IMG/VR virus record: IMGVR_UViG_3300029305_004466
Length of the DNA stretch: 64,000 nt
Source: a virus
Taxonomy: Duplodnaviria; Caudoviricetes
Strand: one strand, 5' to 3'
In this document: one piece after another, positions 28,901-39,402 of the stretch
How positions within the stretch are numbered: the first letter of the stretch is position 1
Layout of the letters: each line of letters starts with the position of its first letter
Program-made: the position numbers and the translations under genes
Notes under the pieces: generated by a model
What the model was told of the DNA's origin: nothing
Database searches by the model: none
What the model saw: only the letters and a program-made list of their open reading frames with translations

Positions 28901-29478
28901 GTCCAAGCTGCTTCGGTCATATAATAATCTAAGTATGAACTAGTGACTTCTTTTTTTAATTCATAACCTTCGATATCTATTTTTAATGTACTGTTTAATA
29001 CTTCTGTCTTTGTGTCTTTAACTTCGTAATCTACTGTTTCTAAAAACAGTGTGCCATAGTAATTATCATTATCACCATAAGACATAGAAGTTGGAACATC
29101 ACTTTTATTATCAACAATAACAGTTCTTGTCCCTGTAGCACTTTTTTCTAATGTATTTATTTTATCATGCCATCGTACCCATACACGAGGAAGGATACCA
29201 ACGTATCCCTCCTCGTCACTCCAAGTGATTGCCGATTCAAATAAATCATCATTATTGCTAGGCATGTTAAACAAGTATCTGTAACTTTCTTCTACTCTGT
29301 GGTCAATAGTATTTCTAGGAGCCTCTGCACATAATACCTTTTCAGCATCGGTTGCTGTTGGGTTAAAATAATAAGCCATGTTAACAGCATTTTTTGGAAC
29401 CTGCTTACCTATTCTTATTGTGGGCTCTTTTGTAAAATTTTTAATGGTTTCGCTATGCGGTTTTGTAGGTAAAAACAT
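25927..29478 (-). CDS. Large virion structural protein (1183 aa)
   Basis: RBS GGAGG; beta-rich; in tail module. Confidence 0.65.
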   Translation of the reverse strand: MFLPTKPHSETIKNFTKEPTIRIGKQVPKNAVNMAYYFNPTATDAEKVLCAEAPRNTIDHRVEESYRYLFNMPSNNDDLFESAITWSDEEGYVGILPRVWVRWHDKINTLEKSATGTRTVIVDNKSDVPTSMSYGDNDNYYGTLFLETVDYEVKDTKTEVLNSTLKIDIEGYELKKEVTSSYLDYYMTEAAWTPYLYVKENGVYNAEGKKVGNNVWGYTSPEGEPLVLTNIEKDPLENHTDGVPSYREECGYITFYAKKIREEYGIPSFFEEKFSFITDSEIQDFIDTMNSGEFEIDGKTSAMGQKLTQWQTASAEDRATTAIEIHQTGYNTIYIDTDEDAFDDEGNPLIDPETGENVKVREMYIIAGYKMIYTRTSNTEGEHNWNVYANYSGTLIREEQKTNTYPISWEATCHYTGIARKVWKTYDGVAYYRGSITKSEGVGNVNSELESDILMYPNDEGYLRKIDVNGNEQYTIEAEQFYITDVFKDNVPCFYKYNLKHSIYDYRGPDDNGFYEGNAVKLYTNNLKDIPTSCKYQLKLFPSEYDTVTEIIDGETIEVEKVKKYGVSVYTSFISKTTDTYKATYNAFVDSDNVDANNGMIEDVYNYPFMVNNKDYSIVSVNKVTRKNKIKINNPNIIEDTRKYVTFEYQVTASKIENGIEKVFVSNKRQAQILNKEYAVESEHKKFIERAMIISPKDGEYYMSPYDIIIKDQALLNDAPIVTPENAHEFIFSCKPVIDTLNSDFVGAINIKCNSDGSGILTAETTLDTGFYNKDTGLYTKKLSVNNPYIIENGKIYAGYMVKCLDARHISVKSPREEHLLESWYPLIQFGHYSQVMDQYGTHTKICYAMPEYDDQHWGKYGKPYVDIVEEQAEILNPHMIKVRNHPLMMIEDTNTIRVIRKKEDDEYPINIEYVSFSEGIIITREAISENDVILVDYSYLEECYVYRGFYRNASDFCRIDLNPNQYHTYSDLNKEPSELAPTKNLFNKTLYFYLRPSIRYRVDSDNDDLIDIDIEKDRILLYNEETLYHTIDKYEPESEWDIYIGSVYIRQNTSLQSTVLIDTRTRGGGVIEEMKDSLRKQLEPESDFYLDIGCYDGTPYQENAVIIVRLDNSILKEYGGRFTQTDIEEKVKKWLGYGVYSIIEYVDSYSKYDMPQYNLIVENSYTNVINQTPELTLECISV

Positions 29479-29489
29479 TTAATTACCTC

Positions 29490-32400
29490 CTAATAACTTA
29501 TTATTTCAATAGACTTTTCTAAATTTGTCATATCGTCTAATAAAACTTTTGCAGTAATAGTATCAGTTCCTGTTATAGTAGAAGAAGTATATATACAATG
29601 GACAACTCCATTCATATCTGTTTCTTGAGATTCATAAGTGACTGTCCCAATGTTACAATCTATATCAACTTGTTTCCCTATAATAGGATTGCCGATAATA
29701 TCGAGAACCTCTATTTGGATATCTATATTATCTCTACCGCCTGCCTTTACACGTTTCGGATTGCACCAGATGTTTATCTTATAAGGAGTATTGTGCTCTT
29801 CAGTAAGATAAATAAAACCGCTGTAATCTGTTCTGTAAACCGGGTTAAGACTGAGTTTTTTAGCTACTAGTTTATTGTTTTGTTTATTAGTTTCAAACAT
29901 TACTTTAAACTTTTTATCTGTATTATCTTCGCCTGTATAAACAGTAATGACAGTTGTATTTAATTTTCTATCTATATTGGCGTAAAAAGAATTTTTTATC
30001 TTATAAGTAACTACTATTTCATCATTTATATTCAAAAAGTTTTTAAACATTAATAAGTGATTAACAATAAAATAATCAGTTATCTCTTCATCATTTACCC
30101 ACACTTTAAGTGTTCCTAATTCATAATCATTTCGCTTTAACTCTACATAGTTTTCACGAACTTGCATTGTATGAATTTCAGTTAACATCATAGTAGCAGG
30201 GTCTACATTGTATATTTGTTTTAAAGGAATTCCATTTTCATCTTCTATTGTTATTGGGCAATATTGTTGTGGGGTTCCTTTAATTTTTATTTGGTTATCT
30301 GTAGCCTTTATATATGGCAGGTAGCTAATTTTATCCATTGTGGCTTCAGAAGTAGCAGCCTCTACAGAAGATTCTAATAAATCAACATAACTGAGTGTAT
30401 TATCATATAAAAGATAGTTATCAGGATTCATTGATGTAATAGAAATATTCTTTACTTCTTCTACTGAGAAACCTCTGCTTATAATTTCTGATGATAAGTA
30501 ATCCCCTATTCTAGGAATAATTTCATGATACATTCCGTCTTTAGGAATTGTAAATGTTTCTAACTTCATAAAGTTTGCAGTAGTATTTACTGGAACATAT
30601 CTTCCTGTCATACTAATTGATTTAATATATGGAAGTGTTATTTCACTTTCAAGTGTTCTTGTTTTTAATCTTAACCAGTATACTTTTTCTTTTTCTGGGA
30701 TAGTAATCTTGAATCTATAATACTTGTATTTTAAATTAAGATTAGTACTAGTATAAGGTTGCCATTTTATATTCTCTAATATCAAGTCATTGATACTATT
30801 AGAATAAGCAACATTTAATACTACGTTTTTATTAGAACTATACATGTCTAACTCTAATCCAGTTTCACATCCATATTGCAGTATATTAGAAATTGCAACA
30901 CCTTCTCCTTCAGCAAGTCCTGTTGTTATATGGTCTGTAATAGTGACTATATTTTTACTAAGGTTTTCATCTAAGTAATCACACCAGTCGAGATAACAAC
31001 ATAAATAATCTTCTGAATCATATACTGTATGTTGTTCTGTTGCTGATATATCGGCTTTAAGTTGATAACCACAGCTTAATGTTGCAGGTGTAGAATTATT
31101 AGTGAAACTAGTCCAGTCTGTCCATTTACCTTCTTCTAAGTTAAAACTTCTGATAAACAAATTAAGTCCAGCACTAGAACCATCTGTATTCTGGTAAGTA
31201 AGTTTTAACGGTCCAGCTTGCGTTAAAGCGTTATCGAATAATAACACTGGAGAATACCAAGTCTGTGTTTCGTAATGCTTATATTTCAAACCAGAAATTA
31301 CAGGTTTTAATGTAAGTCCTTGTCCTGCTATCCATTCAAAATGTTTTTCATCTTGAAGGAGTTCAGCCATTGTATCTTTTGTAATGGAATAATTCTCAAC
31401 AGGTCCAGCTGCTTTTTCAAGACTAACATTGAAATTAACAAATACCGTAGTGTTCTGGTATTGTGTTTCAACTGTCTTTTCAAAATCAGCTTCTACATCA
31501 AAATCAGAATATAAGTATTTCTCATGCTGGTTGATGTAATAATAACCATTATGAATTCTAGGGCTCCATTTGGAGGTCGCATTTATAACACCTCTATATG
31601 TCACAGGTAACATATAAGTATCTGAATCACCGAAATCTATTCTTGACGGATAACGTGTTGCTAATACATCGCCATTGTCAGTGGTTACTTCGATAAAATA
31701 GTTGTCATATATATCACCTTCCGGCTTTGTGATTGTTTGTATTTTTTCATAAGGCTCTTGGTTAAAAAGTTCTATCTCTTCTGTTTCCAAAGTGGCTAAC
31801 GTCTTTGTATATTTGATGTCTTTATAAGTAAGACTTTCAGAACTGAATGTAACATAATCTCCATTTACTTGAGTATAACCAGAGCCCGGTGCTGTTTCAT
31901 GGTCCCATTTATATGACACGAGAGCATCTTCTGGATACTTATCTGTAATCTTGATATAGATTTTTATAGTATCTGCATGATTTGCAAGTACTGTTGTTGG
32001 GATATTAAATTCTGGTGTATCAACAAATAAATCTTGTTTACCAGATAAATTATCGCTTCTATATCTGCCGTTTACTAATCCGTACATAGAGTCCATATTT
32101 TCATTAGGATATTCATCGTAATAATCCTGAGTCTTTGTCATCTTACGAGCATAGAAATGCACATATTGTGTAATCCAGTGCCCATCATTTTCATAGATGC
32201 CTTTACTTGAATTCCAGTTAGCATTTAAACCATATTCAAATACTAAAGGAGATTTCACAGGATTCTCACAATCAAATAAACTATAGTAATTATCATTTAT
32301 TCCATCGCTGTTTATTTCTACGTTATTTGCATAATAAACAGTGAGTCTTATTAAATGTTTATCTGAAGAATCTTTAAATGCATCTGGAAGTATTTCATGA

Positions 32401-35261
32401 TATGGAGTATAAGCCTCAGGGTCAACTAAGTTAAATCTGTAATTTAAGACAGGAGAGCTATACGCCTTATCTATTTTTACAATCATATCTTTATCAATAC
32501 CATCACCAAATACCTGCATATAATTAGGGTCTGGTAAATTCTCTACTAATATCTTTTTAGAGATTTTTTTAGAGTTAATGCCAGAACTTCCATAAGTTAT
32601 GCTAGGGTTAAGACGATTTTCCATTTTAGCTAAATCAGCTCTACGGAACATAGTGTCTTGAGGTTTTTTATAACTGTTTACTATTACATGATTACTTCTG
32701 ATGGTATCATAAATAATTCCATCAGTAAAACCAGAGATATATAAGAAAGAACTATTTGTAGCTACATATTCATCGTCTGTATTGGTTGATGTTGATAGCT
32801 TTGGAATATCTGAAGTAACATTAATTGTTCCCATCATACCATAACTATATTTTTTAAAAGAAGAATTAGGAGTATCTTCAGCTCCATAACTATAACTGTC
32901 TATAATGTGAATATTTTTAAATATATCACCTGTTACATTGCCGTTACCATCTACGGCATGTGGATTATCGGTCCAGCCATTTTGCCACTCTTCACTGTTT
33001 TCTTTTGCCTCTGTTAATAAATCTAATATAGACCTGTCACTCATTCTGGTAAGTTCTAGCTTACTAACGATTTCTGCTCTATGTGTTTTATCGCTATAAG
33101 CAACAGGAGTAACATGTTCATTAAATACAAATGATACTGGTTCAGATTCAATATAAACTGTTTTATATTCAACAGATGTATAAGGAATTGATATTTCTAT
33201 ATCACCAGTTTTTAATTCTTCAGTTACAGAACCTTCTAAAATCATATTAAGACTTTCAATAAAAGCACCTTTAACAGATTGAGCATCATTTTCATTATTT
33301 TCTCTTTCATCTATTTTTATTTCTAGAAAATCTATTGTTTTTCCTTTAGCGTATTCATAGCCAACGTAACCCATAGCTTCTGCTATTCCACCTTTGGCAC
33401 AATCTCTTATTTTTCCTTGACAATTATCAATATAACTTTCAGTGTAAAATGTGTTATCATCATTAAAACCCCCTACAGCTCTATTACCAAATACAACGAA
33501 TATTTTGTCAGCAGGACATTCTTTTATACTATTTTCGATATCCTTATACATGTTGTTCCATCTTATTTGGTCATTGGTGGTTTTTGTACCATCTGGCTGT
33601 TTATCTCCTTGGTAATAATATGGAGCATTTGGATAACCGTCTGTAAAGAATAACATGCAGATATTCTCTTTACCAGATTTAATAAGCCCACGTTCTTTAG
33701 CATCTGTAAAGCCATCGCCCCAGTTTGTTCTGTTGCCGACTTTTTTATCACCAACAATACCGTCACCATTACCTATATAATATGTTGTACCATTTAATAT
33801 GTATGGATAATCAGTTTTTTCACTCATAACACCACACATTAATCCATTGATTATTTCTTTAGCTTTATCTCCATCAGGACAATGAACGGAATATGCAGTA
33901 GTACCATAACCAGTAACTATATAATCAAGTTGTCTATTTTTTTCGTCATAAGTACTTAAACTAGTTATTCGTTTTTCTATTTCATCAATAAAAGCATAAG
34001 AAGCCTCTTTTACTTTCTCAAGTCTTCCTAAAGTTGGTTTAGCACTTTTACTGTCTGCTTTAGCGACAACCGTTTCACCTTTTTCATTCTCTCTAGGCAA
34101 TCTCATGGAAGAAGATAGGTCGATAGAAATTATAATGGTTGTTGGTTTTGTTACTGCTTCAATAACTGTTGTTTCTTTCCATTCAACTTCTTTTTTGACA
34201 GTATTATGATTTTCTGTTTCTCTAAATAAATCTACATAAGCACAAATTTTTGCATAAACAGTTATAGGTTTTGTAGTCCATAAATATTCAGAGCGATACA
34301 TCTCTTGCCATGGATATGCGTCTAATTTAAAAGTAACTTCACCTTCTTGTTCGGTAATAGTTTCTTTTGCTTCGAGACATATTTTATAATTAAAACCTAC
34401 TTGATTATAACGTTTCTCTCTTTGAGTATATTCACCAGTAAGAGTAAAGTAAGCTTTAAATTTTTCATAGAAATCTTTATCCATTTGTTTGTAAACTTTT
34501 AAATCATTTAAATCACCGATACCAGATTTGAAAGCTGTTAAATTTTCTTCAACAACTTCACGCTCTTTATCAGTAATGGACCAGTCATGTTTTCTTTCTA
34601 TGAAATATTTATCAAGACTAATTTGCGGATTAACAGTCTCAGTAACAGAAGTAACTTCTGCTGAAGGTTGAGAAGTCTGTGTGTCCGTATAGTTAATAAG
34701 TTTTCTTGTGTATGCTGTATTAGGCTCTAAACCTGTTTCTATGTAGTACTTAGCTCCCATTGGAATAGTAGCTATAATTTTTACTTTATCATCTTCAGAC
34801 TCATAATCTTCTATTTCATAGATTAAGTAATGAGCATACTGTTCATCAGATTCATCCCATGTCCATACAATTGTACTGGAATCATATGCTTTTCCATATA
34901 AAGTAGGAACAGGTAATGGTTGCTCTTTAGGATAAACATAACATCTAACGTCAGGTGTTAATGTAAATTCATTAACATTAACAGGATTCTCAAAGAATAC
35001 TTCTGCACCTTCTGTTAATGTTATTATTTCATATTCATCTATAACAACATTATCAGTTGTAATTAATTCAGCTTCACAGTAGTCTTCTACTTCTTGCATG
35101 AATAAATCAAGAACATAAACGCTGCTATGTAATACATGATAGTTATCGTATAAAACATTATCATCAGCTGTAATTTCAGATTCGAAATTCTTGTTAAAGA
35201 TTACAGAACTGTTTGTTATGTTATTAAATACTGTAAGTTTTACGGTGTATGATATTAACAT
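29490..35261 (-). CDS. Giant baseplate/fibre adhesin with FN3, vWA and C-terminal invasin-type Ig domain (1923 aa)
   Basis: FN3: SSTIVWTW...ETGLEPNTAYT; vWA: ISIDLSSSM...T...FFTDGYPN; Ig: VLDIIGNPI...ETDMNGVV...GTDTITAK. Confidence 0.75.
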   Translation of the reverse strand: MLISYTVKLTVFNNITNSSVIFNKNFESEITADDNVLYDNYHVLHSSVYVLDLFMQEVEDYCEAELITTDNVVIDEYEIITLTEGAEVFFENPVNVNEFTLTPDVRCYVYPKEQPLPVPTLYGKAYDSSTIVWTWDESDEQYAHYLIYEIEDYESEDDKVKIIATIPMGAKYYIETGLEPNTAYTRKLINYTDTQTSQPSAEVTSVTETVNPQISLDKYFIERKHDWSITDKEREVVEENLTAFKSGIGDLNDLKVYKQMDKDFYEKFKAYFTLTGEYTQREKRYNQVGFNYKICLEAKETITEQEGEVTFKLDAYPWQEMYRSEYLWTTKPITVYAKICAYVDLFRETENHNTVKKEVEWKETTVIEAVTKPTTIIISIDLSSSMRLPRENEKGETVVAKADSKSAKPTLGRLEKVKEASYAFIDEIEKRITSLSTYDEKNRQLDYIVTGYGTTAYSVHCPDGDKAKEIINGLMCGVMSEKTDYPYILNGTTYYIGNGDGIVGDKKVGNRTNWGDGFTDAKERGLIKSGKENICMLFFTDGYPNAPYYYQGDKQPDGTKTTNDQIRWNNMYKDIENSIKECPADKIFVVFGNRAVGGFNDDNTFYTESYIDNCQGKIRDCAKGGIAEAMGYVGYEYAKGKTIDFLEIKIDERENNENDAQSVKGAFIESLNMILEGSVTEELKTGDIEISIPYTSVEYKTVYIESEPVSFVFNEHVTPVAYSDKTHRAEIVSKLELTRMSDRSILDLLTEAKENSEEWQNGWTDNPHAVDGNGNVTGDIFKNIHIIDSYSYGAEDTPNSSFKKYSYGMMGTINVTSDIPKLSTSTNTDDEYVATNSSFLYISGFTDGIIYDTIRSNHVIVNSYKKPQDTMFRRADLAKMENRLNPSITYGSSGINSKKISKKILVENLPDPNYMQVFGDGIDKDMIVKIDKAYSSPVLNYRFNLVDPEAYTPYHEILPDAFKDSSDKHLIRLTVYYANNVEINSDGINDNYYSLFDCENPVKSPLVFEYGLNANWNSSKGIYENDGHWITQYVHFYARKMTKTQDYYDEYPNENMDSMYGLVNGRYRSDNLSGKQDLFVDTPEFNIPTTVLANHADTIKIYIKITDKYPEDALVSYKWDHETAPGSGYTQVNGDYVTFSSESLTYKDIKYTKTLATLETEEIELFNQEPYEKIQTITKPEGDIYDNYFIEVTTDNGDVLATRYPSRIDFGDSDTYMLPVTYRGVINATSKWSPRIHNGYYYINQHEKYLYSDFDVEADFEKTVETQYQNTTVFVNFNVSLEKAAGPVENYSITKDTMAELLQDEKHFEWIAGQGLTLKPVISGLKYKHYETQTWYSPVLLFDNALTQAGPLKLTYQNTDGSSAGLNLFIRSFNLEEGKWTDWTSFTNNSTPATLSCGYQLKADISATEQHTVYDSEDYLCCYLDWCDYLDENLSKNIVTITDHITTGLAEGEGVAISNILQYGCETGLELDMYSSNKNVVLNVAYSNSINDLILENIKWQPYTSTNLNLKYKYYRFKITIPEKEKVYWLRLKTRTLESEITLPYIKSISMTGRYVPVNTTANFMKLETFTIPKDGMYHEIIPRIGDYLSSEIISRGFSVEEVKNISITSMNPDNYLLYDNTLSYVDLLESSVEAATSEATMDKISYLPYIKATDNQIKIKGTPQQYCPITIEDENGIPLKQIYNVDPATMMLTEIHTMQVRENYVELKRNDYELGTLKVWVNDEEITDYFIVNHLLMFKNFLNINDEIVVTYKIKNSFYANIDRKLNTTVITVYTGEDNTDKKFKVMFETNKQNNKLVAKKLSLNPVYRTDYSGFIYLTEEHNTPYKINIWCNPKRVKAGGRDNIDIQIEVLDIIGNPIIGKQVDIDCNIGTVTYESQETDMNGVVHCIYTSSTITGTDTITAKVLLDDMTNLEKSIEIISY

Positions 35262-35276
35262 AGCATTTTATCCTTT

Positions 35277-35588
35277 CTAAAGCTTTTTAATATTATGGTC
35301 TGCAATGATGTAATAGCCATTGTTTAACTTATACATCTTTACAGGAGTATAGTTGATTTCGCATATTACATTGCAAACTTGACCTTTCTTTAACTTACCC
35401 TGAGAGTTATTTAATGACGGACCCTTATAAAGCTTTGTGTCATCAGTTAATGCGGTAATTTGGAACAAATAAGATTCTTTTGTTTTGATAACTGGTTTTG
35501 GGGTTATAATATGTGGAACTTCAAGAACCTCAATAGTTTCCTTTGCTTCAGTTTCAGTTGCTATTACTTCTTTCTTTTTCTTAGCCAT
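35277..35588 (-). CDS. Small protein with SH3b-like C-terminus
   Basis: LYKGPSL...GKLKKGQ...MYKLNNGYYI; ATG 35588 after GAGGAGG. Confidence 0.55.
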   Translation of the reverse strand: MAKKKKEVIATETEAKETIEVLEVPHIITPKPVIKTKESYLFQITALTDDTKLYKGPSLNNSQGKLKKGQVCNVICEINYTPVKMYKLNNGYYIIADHNIKKL

Positions 35589-36129
35589 TTTGATTATCCT
35601 CCTCACTATAGACCTTTACTAGTTTTGCTTTGATATTGGAATCTTTTTCGATAATCCATTCGGATGCATATCTAAGGTGCATACCAGTTTTACTTGGTAG
35701 TATCATTCTGTATTTTCCTTTTGTTAGAGCTTTATCTAATTTGCTTGTTGTGACAAAAACTTTTTCCATGTCGCTTTCGTAAAAAAGAATTTCATAGTAT
35801 TCTGTCATGTCTTCTTCAAAACCATCATCATGAATGAAGAATACTTTAAACTCTTTATCAATATATCTTTTATTAGTATAACCGTATACCATAAAATAAT
35901 CAATAAAGGTTTTATCATTCCAGTTGTAAGTGGCACAAAAATAATTTTGACCCGTATGTGTTATCATATCTTTGTCTGTCATATAATCAACAGAACGCAC
36001 ATCTACAAACTCTTTGTCAGAGAAAATGAGATGTGCGTGTAAGTCTTTTGGGTCATATTTCTTGCCAACTAAAACCGGAGCACCATGATAATGCACTTCG
36101 AATTTAATAGGCTCTTTCATATGAATCAT
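35581..36129 (-). CDS. Hypothetical protein with one Ig-like repeat
   Basis: YHGAPVLVGKKYDP resembles the repeats in 11689..13362. Confidence 0.55.
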   Translation of the reverse strand: MIHMKEPIKFEVHYHGAPVLVGKKYDPKDLHAHLIFSDKEFVDVRSVDYMTDKDMITHTGQNYFCATYNWNDKTFIDYFMVYGYTNKRYIDKEFKVFFIHDDGFEEDMTEYYEILFYESDMEKVFVTTSKLDKALTKGKYRMILPSKTGMHLRYASEWIIEKDSNIKAKLVKVYSEEDNQNG

Positions 36130-37226
36130 CCTTTATAATTTTTAAATCCTTGTATAGACCCATTCATTAAAGTTGGAATTGTTCCATATCCTGATACTTC
36201 ATAATTGTTTGGGTCCCAATAATGTTCGTTCCATTTAAAGTTATTCCAGAATATAGGACATTCGGAATTCATAATATCTATGTAGTGTTTTAATTCTGAT
36301 TTAGGCTTATGGTCTATTGTGAATAATTCGTTTTGTAATTTAATATCATCTTTATTCCAGAGCTTATGCATTTCTAATCCATATACATAGGTTACATCTG
36401 TTATTGATAAATCGCTATTTGGATTACCTTTCAACATTACAGTTCCAGATTCTGTTATAAAGATTTTATCTAAATCATAATATTCTCCATTAACTTTAAT
36501 GGAGTTTAATACTATCATTGCATCTGTTAGCTCTAAATCAAGCGTAGGGTTATTCCAGAGGAGATTTCGCCTTAACCCTAACTCTCTACCGATTCCATTA
36601 ATTAAACCGTCTCTTGAGGCATTTGACGGGTTTTTAAAGACATCCTCGATACGCTTTTTATATTCTACGTTTGGTTCTTCTGGGATTCTAGGACAACACA
36701 ATAATAATCCAAATTCATCAAAGAAATTCCAAACATGGTGTGGAATTAATTCTTGTTGATAAACTTCATCATTGATTTCAAATTCAACATAGCCATTAGT
36801 ATATATAGCATCTACATTGAATTTATTTCTAACGTATATAATATTACGTTTTTCATCAATGAAATATGTTTCTAACGCATTGAGATTTTTATTCTTGATG
36901 TTTTGGTCTATACCAAAGAATTCCTTTAAATTTTCTGCTCTTTTAAGACCTGCTCCATAGGCAAATACTTTTGTGATATCTTTTACTCGTAATGGCATTG
37001 GGACAATAGCTTTATAGCAGAAGTCTACTTGGTCTATATCAATGGTGTCGATATAACATTGTTCGTATGCATAATTCAGTACAAATTGCATATCATCCAA
37101 CTTAAGACCAACGATATTTAAGAATCTGGCACCGATGCTATCCGCACTACCTTTACGCATTTTAAACCAGTGAGGTAAAGCGTCTAATATCAAACTAGTA
37201 TATTTTGCAAATTTTAATTCAGACAT
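36126..37226 (-). CDS. Baseplate wedge-like structural protein
   Basis: FDEFGLLLCCPRIPEEPNVEYKKRI matches the LD..G....R..GE.D..YR.RI motif also in baseplate J. Confidence 0.6.
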   Translation of the reverse strand: MSELKFAKYTSLILDALPHWFKMRKGSADSIGARFLNIVGLKLDDMQFVLNYAYEQCYIDTIDIDQVDFCYKAIVPMPLRVKDITKVFAYGAGLKRAENLKEFFGIDQNIKNKNLNALETYFIDEKRNIIYVRNKFNVDAIYTNGYVEFEINDEVYQQELIPHHVWNFFDEFGLLLCCPRIPEEPNVEYKKRIEDVFKNPSNASRDGLINGIGRELGLRRNLLWNNPTLDLELTDAMIVLNSIKVNGEYYDLDKIFITESGTVMLKGNPNSDLSITDVTYVYGLEMHKLWNKDDIKLQNELFTIDHKPKSELKHYIDIMNSECPIFWNNFKWNEHYWDPNNYEVSGYGTIPTLMNGSIQGFKNYKG

Positions 37227-37238
37227 TGTTACACCTCT

Positions 37239-37736
37239 TTACAAAATAACATTATGCATACCATATTGGTATGATTCTATTATAATAGGATTTATGAAAA
37301 ATTCACAGTCATTTTCTAATGTATATGATTTTTCTATAACGTCTTTATAATAGATAATTTTTACTTTAGTATTTATTTCGATTTTTACTTTGTTTGTATT
37401 TATGGTAAATACTTTAGATGTTTTATTTATTGTATAATGGAGTTTACTGATTTGAATGCCGTCCACTAAAATAATTACTTCATGGTCTTTATCCATGTAA
37501 ATATTTTTAGGAAGATTCCATGTAGCATTATTAGAATATTCCAATTCTAATTCTTCTCTTACTGGTGATGGAATAATTGGGTTAGGAATAGTATCTATTA
37601 ATTCAGTACGAATTCCAGAATCATATGTAGCATCTATTGTTTTAGTATATATTTCATATCCTAAAACATTTTTAGATGACAATCTTGGGAATCTTATTGT
37701 CTTTTTTATATTTGTTGGTAATACATATGTACTCAC
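37239..37736 (-). CDS. Hypothetical structural protein
   Basis: ORF in tail module. Confidence 0.6.
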   Translation of the reverse strand: MSTYVLPTNIKKTIRFPRLSSKNVLGYEIYTKTIDATYDSGIRTELIDTIPNPIIPSPVREELELEYSNNATWNLPKNIYMDKDHEVIILVDGIQISKLHYTINKTSKVFTINTNKVKIEINTKVKIIYYKDVIEKSYTLENDCEFFINPIIIESYQYGMHNVIL

Positions 37737-38110
37737 TCGATAACATCCCCTTCATTATTTTCGTTTTCATCATCATTTAAAGATGCTATTACATCATCTA
37801 TTGCAGTATTCATTTCATCTTCGGTATATTCTTTTTGGGTTTCAAATATAAGACTAGTACCATAATACATTTTATATGCATCTATTCCAGTAACAACAAG
37901 ATACATTATATTTTCTTTTTCTTCGATATTGTCATATTCTTCTTGTGTTTCACAAATAACCATTTTGGTAAAGTTTCTTAATGTCCCATTATCGGACATT
38001 TTTATTTGATTACAATATTTTAAAATATATAAATAATCATGTTCAGATACTTCTTTTTCTCTTACAGTTTTAAATTTGTCTTCGTTATCAATTTCCATTA
38101 CTCTCAGCAT
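37733..38110 (-). CDS. Small protein with tail-fibre-type motif
   Basis: TQEEYDNIEEKENIMYLV resembles the T..EYDAL..K...LY phage fibre motif. Confidence 0.5.
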   Translation of the reverse strand: MLRVMEIDNEDKFKTVREKEVSEHDYLYILKYCNQIKMSDNGTLRNFTKMVICETQEEYDNIEEKENIMYLVVTGIDAYKMYYGTSLIFETQKEYTEDEMNTAIDDVIASLNDDENENNEGDVIE

Positions 38111-38149
38111 ATTTTATCCTCACTTTAAGAATGAATATATTTTTAATTA

Positions 38150-38193
38150 ATTATAACACATTGGACCTTAATATAAAATATACCAAGGCCCAA
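38150..38193 (-). promoter_or_regulatory. Hairpin after the glycosyltransferase gene plus extended -10 element
   Basis: - strand TTGGGCCTT...AAGGTCCAA, then TGTTATAAT; poor -35. Confidence 0.4.
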
Positions 38194-38208
38194 GAAAGTT
38201 TTGTTTAT

Positions 38209-39336
38209 TTATTTTTTATTGTTTTTCTCTGTTTTCTTTTTTGTATATCCTATAGGACATACTCCGCATTCTTCGTTATTTTTTATTAAATCTTTAGGAA
38301 GTTTATCCCATACTTCGTATATGTAATTTTCATTGTATTCTTCTGTATGAAGTTTTTCCATGAATTCTTTAATGCCCATACAAGGAATAATGCCAGCCAT
38401 TTTACCGCTTCCCCAATTACCTTGCTGATTCATGCTGTATGCTACTGCAAACATTTCATCAGTAATATTTGGTTCAATTCTTTTATAGCAAGCATGGTAG
38501 AACTTTTTAACATATTCCCAGTTTTGGTCTTTGAATACCGGATTTCTTGCAACGGTTTCTATGTAGTATGAGTAAAGATTAAGCATACATTCAAGAGTCC
38601 ATTGGTCAATATAACCATTGAAAGGTTGAACTTTTTTAGCTTCTTTAATTGCGTAAATCATATTATCTGTCCAACCGCAGAATGACTGGTCAAATGCATA
38701 TTGGCAATTGTTGATTCTAGTGATAGAATCTACTTTTTCGTGCCAGTAATATACAGTTTCATTTATCCAATGAACTTTTTCTTTGTCGTTACTACATAAT
38801 AAACGTACCCATGTATTAAAGCCTGTATCTTCATTCGCCCTTGTATTGTTAAAATGTATTTTGTATTTTTCAATAAATTCTCTTTTATAGATTTTGCCAA
38901 ACATCCATACCATATCATTCGTATGTGGAACCATTTGTAAGTTCTCATGTAATTCCATGAATGTACCTACGCAACATTGAATGCTTGGGTCAAGAGTAAT
39001 TCCTTTTCTAAGTATCTCTAATGCTAATGCACCTGAAAAAGTATCATCAGCATCAATACAGGTAAAGTATTGATTACTTGTATTGTCAATACCATACTGT
39101 CTTGCTAATCCCGGACCGCCATTTTCTGTCATCTTAATTTCTCTGATTTTCATGTACGGAGAATACAAATTTACAACTTCTTGATAATCTCCGTTAGGGC
39201 AACAATCGTTTACGATAGTTACCTCTAAGTCATCAAGGATAGATTGACAGGCAATAGAAGCAATGGTTTTTATTATTGTCTTTTGTGCTTTATAAGCCGG
39301 AATAATAATGTCTATTTTGTTGTTATTGTTAGCCAT
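38209..39336 (-). CDS. Glycosyltransferase family 2
   Basis: IIIPAYKA, IVNDC, NGGPGLARQYG, CIDADD, NEDTGF. Confidence 0.9.
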   Translation of the reverse strand: MANNNNKIDIIIPAYKAQKTIIKTIASIACQSILDDLEVTIVNDCCPNGDYQEVVNLYSPYMKIREIKMTENGGPGLARQYGIDNTSNQYFTCIDADDTFSGALALEILRKGITLDPSIQCCVGTFMELHENLQMVPHTNDMVWMFGKIYKREFIEKYKIHFNNTRANEDTGFNTWVRLLCSNDKEKVHWINETVYYWHEKVDSITRINNCQYAFDQSFCGWTDNMIYAIKEAKKVQPFNGYIDQWTLECMLNLYSYYIETVARNPVFKDQNWEYVKKFYHACYKRIEPNITDEMFAVAYSMNQQGNWGSGKMAGIIPCMGIKEFMEKLHTEEYNENYIYEVWDKLPKDLIKNNEECGVCPIGYTKKKTEKNNKK

Positions 39337-39373
39337 TTTTGTTATATCCTTTCTTATTTATTTTAATGTATTT

Positions 39374-39402
39374 ATTATAACATTATGTTACATTATTGTA
39401 AA
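39374..39402 (-). promoter_or_regulatory. sigmaA promoter for the glycosyltransferase
   Basis: - strand TTTACA, 17 nt, TG-t-TATAAT. Confidence 0.7.
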
